DNA from: Moniliella sp. 'wahieum'
Taxonomy: Eukaryota
DNA: 64,000 nt
Reading direction: 5' to 3'
NCBI GenBank assembly: GCA_003971905.1
Contig: RSEE01000030.1
Coordinates: forward strand, 372,001-436,000
In this document: positions 55,578 through 64,000 of the stretch, piece after piece
How positions within the stretch are numbered: position 1 is the stretch's first letter
Layout of the letters: each line of letters opens with the position of its first letter
Position numbers and translations under genes: made by a program
The notes under the pieces: model-generated
Told to the model about the DNA's origin: nothing
Database searches by the model: none
The model's input: only the letters and a program-made list of their open reading frames with translations

Positions 55578-56510
55578 ATGAGTGAATCTCTGCAATTCAA
55601 GGGCAGCCTTGTCGGCCACAAGGGCTGGGTCACGGCCATCGCGACTTCGAGCGAGAACCCTGACCTGCTCGTCTCCGCCTCGCGCGACAAGCACGTCATT
55701 GTGTGGAACCTCAAGCGGGGTGAGGACGACATTGGCTACCCCAAGAAGATCCTTCACGGCCACAACCACTTCGTTTCGGATGTTGTCCTTTCGTCGGACG
55801 GCCAGTTTGCGCTGTCGTCGTCGTGGGACAAGACGCTGCGTCTGTGGGACCTCAACTCGGGCAACACTGTCCACCGCTTCGTCGGTCACACGTCGGACGT
55901 TCTGTCAGTCTCCTTCTCGGCTGACAACCGCCAGATCGTGTCGGCTTCGCGCGACAAGACGATCAAGCTGTGGAACACGCTTGGCGAGTGCAAGTTCAAC
56001 CTGACCGACAAGGGCCACACCGAGTGGGTCAGCACGGTCAAGTTCTCTCCCAACCCGCAGACGCCCATCATTGTGTCGGGCGGCTGGGACAAGGCTGTCA
56101 AGGTGTGGGACCTGTCGCAGATGCGTCTCAAGGCCAACAACTATGGCCACACGGGCTACGTCAACACGGTCACCATCTCGCCCGACGGTTCGCTCTGCGC
56201 CTCGGGCGGCAAGGAGGGTTCGGTGATGCTTTGGGAGCTGTCGGTTGACAGGCACCTGTACTCGCTCGAGGCTGGTGACAATGTCAACGCGCTCGTCTTC
56301 TCGCCCAACCGCTACTGGCTGTGTGCGGCGACGTCGTCCTGCATCAAGGTCTTTGACCTCGAGTCGCAGTCGGTTGTCGACACGCTTGTGCCCGAGATGG
56401 AGGGCAACGGCAAGGCCCCCGAGGCTCTCTCGCTGGCCTGGTCGGCGGACGGCCAGACGCTCTTTGCTGGCTACTCTGACGACGTGATTCGCGTCTACTC
56501 GGTTCTCTAA
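55578..56510 (+). CDS. ASC1: RACK1/Asc1/Cpc2 G-beta-like WD40 ribosomal protein, 310 aa, uninterrupted CDS
   Basis: Motifs [78 protein letters not shown] and [11 protein letters not shown]. Confidence 0.98.
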   Translation: MSESLQFKGSLVGHKGWVTAIATSSENPDLLVSASRDKHVIVWNLKRGEDDIGYPKKILHGHNHFVSDVVLSSDGQFALSSSWDKTLRLWDLNSGNTVHRFVGHTSDVLSVSFSADNRQIVSASRDKTIKLWNTLGECKFNLTDKGHTEWVSTVKFSPNPQTPIIVSGGWDKAVKVWDLSQMRLKANNYGHTGYVNTVTISPDGSLCASGGKEGSVMLWELSVDRHLYSLEAGDNVNALVFSPNRYWLCAATSSCIKVFDLESQSVVDTLVPEMEGNGKAPEALSLAWSADGQTLFAGYSDDVIRVYSVL

Positions 56511-57362
56511 AGCAAGGACGGATGAGAAGCTCTCCATGTCTCGCTGTCGACGCTGTGCTCCGAGCGGAGCAACGCCAACTTGTTTTGATCCGCCCCGCCC
56601 CGGTCTGCATCCTCAGGATGTGTTGCTTTCAAGTCGAGCCGTCCCGGTGTGCGGCCCGGTGGGCGTGTGACTCAAAAGGCGCAGGCACTCTGTGAGCCTG
56701 CGGTGGGTCGACCGTGACCGGTGACCCCTCTCAATTGCATCGATTGATCACTCTCACTCTGCTTTGGGCGGTGGATGCGCGACGCGTACTAGGGCATGCT
56801 AGGCTAGGTGCGGTGGGCGGGATGGGTAACGGAAGTGGCACGATAGCGACAGGGTATAGCGCGGCAGGTATGACGTCGTCGCGGCGCGTCACGTGAGGCA
56901 TAACGTGCATAACGCGAACGAAGGAGCTGTGGCGTTGCGGCGGGGAATTGGCCCCGGAGGTGCGACGACACGCCAAAAAAGACGGCAAGACGCAGCCAAG
57001 TCCGCCCCCAGTGCTCGCTCCCCGCAAGGCTGGGCACTGTCGTGCCGGAACGGGTTGCGGTTGTACGTAGGACACAGCAAACCCCGCCTGCCGAGAGCAG
57101 CTGATCAACGAGCCTGGGAGCGAGTGTAGGCCTGGGGGAACTGGGGGCTCAGCGCTTCGCATGTCCCCGCATAAGCTTTGCCAACGTTATGATGCGTTGG
57201 GGGAGGAACTATGCACACTATGTGGCTCAGGGGGCTGTGTGTCGCCTCGTGCTTGTCGCTCTGCCACGTACCCTCTCGGGGGTTCTCGGAAGACCGTAGG
57301 CCTGCCAAGGCATATTCTGTTTCGCTTCTGTATGGCGTCCATCTGAAGTGGTAGATCCCCCT

Positions 57363-58635
57363 ATGTATACTGTGCGCGTTAGAACCCCAACGCCACAGCA
57401 GCAAAAGGCCCCAACACAGCCGTGCTTTCGCACATCCCTTGCGAGTGATATAAGAGAGGCCAAACTAAGCAACATTTCTGCGGCCCTACCACCCTACCAC
57501 CCTACCACACTGCCCAGCTCCATCCCACCAACCTATTCCTACTTCTGATTGCGTCTTTCACTCTCACCGCACCGTCATTGCCACCGGCAGCGTCAACATG
57601 TACTACCATCCCACCAGTGGCATTATCGCCTGGCTTGTGCTCTACAGTATGTAACCCCCATCCCCACCCCTCCGATCCTCTTGTCCGCACCCCAGGAAGC
57701 CCCCCACTCACCTCTTGATGCCGTCCACAGGTCTCGCCATGGCTGCCATCATTTTCCTCCTGGTTGCTCGGGTCTCGCACATGGCCTGGCGATGGTTGTA
57801 CCTGCTACTCGCCCTAGGCCTCAACTTGGCCAACATCGTGCTGGCTGAAGAGCCAGATGTTACTTCGTACACTCCGTCCTACGCCACTGATGGTACCGCT
57901 CTTCCCTTTCGCACCATGGCTCCATCCTCTTTCTCATTCACTTTGACCGCGATTTCTTGGGTGGTCTCGTTGGGACCCCATTCCCCTGGACGAAGAACGC
58001 CTTGCCCCGCGAGGTGGGGGGCACGAGCAACGTACGTGCATCTGGCATTACTGGCAGAAGGACTGGCCGTAACTGCATTTCCGTGACTTTAAGGCGCAGC
58101 GATGGTACTCGTCTCCTTCGATGGAAGGCACTTGCAGGAGCGCTTTGCATTCCCGCCGCTGGCCTGGTGGTCTCTGGAAGCATCATTATGGGTTTGAGCA
58201 ATGTTGATCATGTTGGCTCTCCCTACTCCGAATTTTTGGATTCTGATTCCGGTGGTGAGACGACACTCGGGCATATATTTGGGAAGTGGGTACATGCTTG
58301 TCTGCTTTCGCTACGCTCATGGCGTCAATTGGTGTTTATTGGTCCTACTTCCAAGTCAACCGTCAGCGCAAACGCCCGCATCCCCAAGAAAACAACCGGT
58401 TGCCATCGTTTGCCTGGTGGCGGCTACCCCCTTTTTCTTGATCGACGCGGCATGGCTTATTACGTGCAGCTTTCTGCAATTGAGTCCCACAAGTGTGGTA
58501 GCATTGACATTTGGCAACATCCCGGCTTTCTTTGCGACTGTGCTGCTTATCGCTACGGCGGTTGCGGAACACTACCAAGGAAGCTACGGCTTCGGTATGA
58601 ATGTTAAGCCGAGAGCATGGAAGCTTGGCATCTAG
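57363..58635 (+). CDS. Hypothetical multi-pass membrane protein
   Basis: Collinear hydrophobic fragments MAAIIFLLVARV, WRWLYLLLALGLNLANIVLA, ALCIPAAGLVVSGSIIMG and VAIVCLVAATPFFLIDAAWLI..FFATVLLIATAVA. Confidence 0.5.
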
Positions 58636-60502
58636 ACGAAGAAGTGGGAACTGTATCCAGTCACCACCACCACACTGAGTCGGACTCTTTCCCCCCTCCC
58701 TTGCTCAAGAACCTCTTCTCCATCAAGACTCCGTCGACAATCTGCCGCAGTGGCGCAACGCGTGAACGACGCATCAGTGCATGACATGCTGGTATGGATA
58801 CCTGACGAACTGATGTTTCCTGTGTGCTGTTTCATCGCCCCATCAGAGCACCCTCTGAACACACAACACCGCTGTTTGATGATTGGTTTTGAGAACTCAG
58901 CGATGTGGACTCTGCATACGCACATATATTTGATGGTGGGCATGTGCAGCCCCCAACACACGGACTTTTTGAAGGGCATATGATATGCCCATGCACATGA
59001 TGCAGAGGAGCACGTACACCCTCTGCCGCCTTGAATATACCCTCTTTCCCATGTCCCATTGATGTTCTTCATGACCGCCGCCCGAACGTACTATAGTACT
59101 ATTGGAAAATAAGTGTGAACAGAACCCCATGTATAGTGTTTTGGTGGTACGCGCCACATTGGGCGTCGGTACGTCAGTACATATATGAGTCTGTTTGCCA
59201 CGGGTGAAGACGGGCCGAGGAACCGAGGAACCCTCCTGAGTTCATGCGCTTCATTTTTCTTCCTTTCGCCTCGAACGGGTCCATCCTGGTCCCCCTCAGG
59301 ACCCCCCCTCCCGATTCTGTGATCCTAGTCGGGCTGAGGAGCCCATGCCAAATGGCGTGTGGCCACGACGGCCGCGATCGAGGCTTGCCTACATTTTTGT
59401 ATCATAATCGCCCCTGCACAGCAGCAATATTCCCCCCCTCTGTTGTTGACCGCCGGTTCCCCAATCATCCCCGTTGTTTCCCTTTTCAGTTCAGGAGTTA
59501 AGCTGCAAGAAAGTCTGGAACAGGGTCATATGATAGACACAGCTGGTGGACATATGATATGTATCTAACCCGTCACAAGAGTGATGCCGAGAAGACGAGT
59601 GTTTGCTCTCAGCGCCACAGAGGGCGGGATGATGCGATGACGTTCACTGCACTATGCGGCATTCTTATCATCTACAGAACTTAAGGCTAGGACAGACGAA
59701 GACCTATTCACATATACCAACCTTATCATGTCTATCGGGCTCGCTCATCGGGCTCTCATTGAGCCGGCGTGTGCTGCTTTTTTGCTCTCCAACGGCACTG
59801 GTTCAAAGAAAAGTGACTATACACACTTCTCTTTCCTTTCAAAATCCAACTTCCTCCTCCGTTTCAGCCACAGGTTTCTTTTCCACCAGCTGTCCGGTTG
59901 CCGAAATGTGCCATGGGCGCAAGAAGACGCCACGCATTACCTATCGGTTGTATCCATGGCCTCCGCCGACGCGTGCTCCTAGGATCCTCAAGTGGGGGCG
60001 TATTAGGTTGGCGTTTTCAATCTTCGAAGCTCCAGGTCTAAGGTTCAAGTGGGTGAGGTAAGACAGAGGTGCCCCGGTGGGTCACGTGGTGCGGCGTGCG
60101 GCCAGTGTCGGCGGGGGGCGTGTGACGCGTGCGTATGAAATTACGGAACCTGCGAGTGACATCGCAGGCTGAGATCTGCGAGGCATGCACAGACACTCGC
60201 CGTCCAGTGCTGGGAAGCTTAGACCAAAGCGCTAAGCATCGATGATTGCTGGCTGAACCAGTGATCAAAGCTGAGGCGCAGCGCCGCCGGCTAATAATGG
60301 ACTAATTGCTGTTGTCCTCAGTTCACGACGTGCACGCTCCCCCTTTCGACTTGGGCTCAAGAGGTCCGTCGAGCTCACTCCTCTACTCGCCGTCCCACCC
60401 ACCAACCCTCCGGATCCGCTCTCCTTTCATCCGCATCTCTCTTACCTCTGGCTGCAACCCTCCCGCCTCCCCCCTGCTCCCATCCTGGTCCGCACCTCGG
60501 CC

Positions 60503-63500
60503 ATGTACTGGGACTGTGGGTCCGACCCAGCCACATTCGCCGCCATCGACGCGCTCCTGGGCCAGCCCAATGTGACCGTTGAGCAACTGCTGGATGAACC
60601 GGACGTGCTTCTAGCGACCAAGAACCAGCACCCACAGCTCGTCGCCTTCTGGTCCCAACCTGCCATCGCCGCTCGCCTCCTCGAGCACGTCCTTGGACGT
60701 GCCCCTCTCCCTCCACCCCCGGATCCCTCCCAGAGGGCAGGAAAAAGTCTTCTTCCGCTATCCTTACCTCGCCACCGAGATCCTTACCGCCGACGTGCCC
60801 CAATTTCCGCTGCACTCCTCGCCCACCCCGCCACCACCCTGCAGCCATTCTTTTCCGCAGCCTTGCCCTTCCGCCCACCCCCTGTAACCTCACCGCTGCC
60901 GTACCACAGCCACCCTTTTTTCCCAGCAGGTCCTGCCGCCGCAACGGCCTTCATCTCGTCCTCTTTCCCCTCACGTTTCCCCATCCCTCACTCCCCATTC
61001 TCCAAAATTCCAGGAGCTGGGCCCGGGATGGAACGTCCTACTCTCCTATGGAGCCCGCGTCATTGCCCACCTTTGGACACAATCGCACAGAAGTTCGTAT
61101 GGAGTTGTGTGCCCTACAGTCCTCGGTCGCTAACGTTATTTCGGTGTGAAGACTACTGAATTCCTTCAAGCTCAGCCATACCTTGTGCAGCGTCTGGCAG
61201 CCAACGCTGAATCGCCCGTAGTGGCCGACTTGATTTTTCGCATCATCGAGGTCGACTCGGACCTTACTGTTGAAGGAGCGAGCGGAGACATGATTCGGTG
61301 GTTCTCGCAGCACCGTGGTGCCCACTTTGGTTGCGCTCCTATCCTCTGCTCACAGTTGCACAGTGCACAACAATGTTGCTGGGTTACTCAGGAACATTAT
61401 CGATTGCTGTGGGCCCGGCTTGGCGGCCATGCAGCAAGAGGGGTTGTCCCCGACAGTGAATCGGACCTACGCCCGGTTCCGTCCGGCGAAATCAATGCGT
61501 TGGTGCGTGATCTGGCCTCGCCCGAGGTAGCCGACATGCTCGTATTGGTTATGCTTGACGAGTTTTCGGATGAGGATGCTCCCCATACGTTGTCCCCAAC
61601 GCCTGAAGTCCCAGAGAAAAGTACTGCCAAGCCAGCCCTGCAATCGGAGGAATCCTCCCTTCAAACAACAACTGCTCAGATTGACTCGCCCTCTGAACAG
61701 GAGGAGGCGCCTCCACCGAGGGCTCCCCGAGTGCCCAAGACCCCGCAGACGATATCCAGCGCGCTTGTATCTTCGGTGGAGATTCTGATTGAGCTCATTC
61801 GCAAGAACAACTCGGACTACTTTGAACAGAACTTGTTCCAATTTCTCCGCCAGACCATTATCGTTCACCAGCAAACCCTGGCACCGTCGATCAGAACGTC
61901 CGGTACAGACACCTTCTTGTGATTCATCTCCAGCGTTTCCTCCATACGCGGCTCCCTCGTCTACATCGGCCGATTCGGACGACTTATCGCCCGAGGAGGT
62001 AATAGAAATGGACCAGGTGGTGCGGCAGGCAGCTCAAGAGATGGGGATCGTGCACTTCGGGCCTCTCTTGCGCTCCGTCTCACTCCGCCTCCATGATTTG
62101 CAGAGAATTGTGCTCCTTCCTCATCAGAGGGTGGGCCTGGAGGAATCCTCGTCTACGGAGGGCATGGGTGACCAAGCCGAGTCTACCTCTCCCACGGCTG
62201 GGGTGCTGACGATACCCTGCTCTTGAAGGCGAGTGCCACTACGCCTTTGACGATGGAGCGATACCGGGTGCGAACTTTACGCCGAGCTTCTGCACTGCTC
62301 CAACATGGCTCTCCTCAATCGTCCCCCCGGTTCCGGACCGCAGTATGATCCCATCACGGGTGCTCTGCAGGGCGGCCTTGATGGGTTCCAGTCCTTGACC
62401 GATGCTCTCAACATGGCCCACTCTGACTCGGACGTTCAAATTGAGGAAGCGCCTTCAATGCTTCAAGAAGATAGTTTGACTTTCGTCGAGGCGACCACAC
62501 CTCTGATGCGCACTACCGACCTAGCATCTCCCTCGTCTTCGGTTGCCCGAGGCACCTCCTTCTCGACCGATGGCCCATCATCTCCGAGAGTGTGGGAAGA
62601 ATCGACGGTTGGAACGACTGCCCCGCCAGGTACTGAAGAGACCAAACCAGTTTCGTATGAGGGGCTTATCTGGGACCACCGCCTAGCTCTCCGGGCACGG
62701 CTCAAATCCATTTCGGTCCCTGTGCCCGACGGGTTGGTTGTTGGGGATTTGCTCAAGGAGCGCTTCATTTCCTTGGGCGTGCCCAATACGCTTCTTGATC
62801 TCTTCTTCATTTACCCGTGGAACAATCTGCTGCACAACGTGGTATATGACGTCGTGCAGCAGTGCTTCAATACGCGTTTGACTGCCAGCCCGGTGGACCA
62901 GGGGGACGGGGACCCCCCCAAGCCCCTTGAGAACGAGCAGCCAACATCCTCGAATGGGTTTGGCCATTTTGGCCCGGACCTGAGGCCTATTCCGCACGGC
63001 CAGTACAACCGTGCCCTGGCCTTGGAACTTTTAGGCAAAGCAGACCTTTGTGGGCTAATCGTGCATGGCCACAAGGTCAATGACATTTCTGAAGCGGGGC
63101 CCCGCAGAATGCGGTTAGGCTTTATGGGGCACCTCAACTTGATCGCCGACGAAGTGGTCAAGGCGTTGCAAAAGTATCCCCGTTCGCTGGGTGTGCCATT
63201 GAGGGAGGAATATGGCATCACCCGTCATTCTTCCGAGTGGCATTCTCTGGTGGAGAAGCTTCGTATGGCCCAAGGACCCGCAGAATTAGCCGGCCCATGT
63301 CCCACGGTCCCTTGCTCAATGTCGAGTGACTTTGAGGAAGATGAGCTGGAGCACTCATCCCAGGTTATTGGCTCCTTTGATGATTACGACGAAGCTGACG
63401 ATGGCGTCGCATGGGCCGCTAACGTTCGTCGACAACATTCGCCGCGACTGCTTGGCGTTCCCGTCGTACGGAGGGTGAGGCCGATGGAGCAGAGGGCTAC

Positions 63501-64000
63501 CGAGACCCCTTCTCCGACCCCATGACCGCGGCAGACTGGGACGCCGAATTTCAACAACAAACGCAAGAACAAGATGAACGTAATGCTGCCTTCCAAAACC
63601 GTATTTCTTCCGATGGATCGACGAGCGAAAGCGAGGAGAGCCTGTCGGACGACAGTTCGTCCGATTCGGATGAGGATGGCTATGCCCCGTTTGTCGACCT
63701 CCTAAACCCTCGTGCTCGGGCCAGTGTCTTGCTCCGCCAACAGCGTCAATCGCACATGGCCCCTGAACCGGCTCCTCGTCCCCTCTCGCCCGTGGGCACC
63801 TCCCCCATCTTGATTCCTCGCCCCCACCGTCGTCGGTCGTCAGCGACCAGTTCGTCGGGTTCGAGTCTTGAGTTGGTGGCTGATCCTCATTCCCCACTGG
63901 GGCCAGGGGTGGACCGCGAATCTACTGTGGATGTATGTGCGGGACCCCCTTGCCACCTGACCAAAGCTGACATTTTGTTACAGGACCACGGTGCTTTAGT
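60503..64000 (+). CDS. SAPS-domain SIT4/PP6 phosphatase-associated protein (Sap155/185/190 family); C-terminus probably beyond the window
   Basis: Motifs IDALL..TVEQLLDEPDVL, FRYPYLATEILTADV, VADLIFRII, IELIRKNNSDY, ELYAELLHCSNMALLN, LLDLFFIYPWNNLLHNVVYDVVQQ and RLGFMGHLNLIADEV. Confidence 0.93.

Noticed and set aside
63840..63880. GGGTTCGAGTC resembling a tRNA T-loop/B box
   Set aside because: No cloverleaf or A box lies around it, and it falls within the probable SAPS C-terminal coding region.

Overview
GC-rich fungal genomic DNA. A basidiomycete is likely but not proven; introns are short, spliceosomal GT..CTRAC..YAG. Recognisable genes in order: RNase H-like protein, DBP2, UGP1, ADE2, 14-3-3, PIN4-like RRM/R3H protein, VCX1 Ca2+/H+ exchanger, an HxxxD acyltransferase-like protein, KCS1-type inositol polyphosphate kinase, CreA/Mig1, cytoplasmic AspRS, SCD6/LSM14, SEC1, RACK1 and a SAPS-family phosphatase regulator running off the right end. 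There are also several orphan genes and a secreted two-repeat protein. Nearly every gene is broken by 1-nt indels, most simply explained as uncorrected sequencing error, so coordinates are envelopes. The most unusual signal is non-coding: intergenic and promoter regions carry a 7-nt grammar, T(G/A)A-[palindromic 4-mer]-T(G/A)A, equivalent to A-N4-T 6-bp palindromes separated by one base. It uses at least 12 different palindromic spacers and forms arrays of up to 7 phased units. Also notable are an RNase H fold that has lost its catalytic acids and a possible poison exon in the DBP2 intron. I found no tRNA, rRNA, CRISPR array or convincing transposase/RT.
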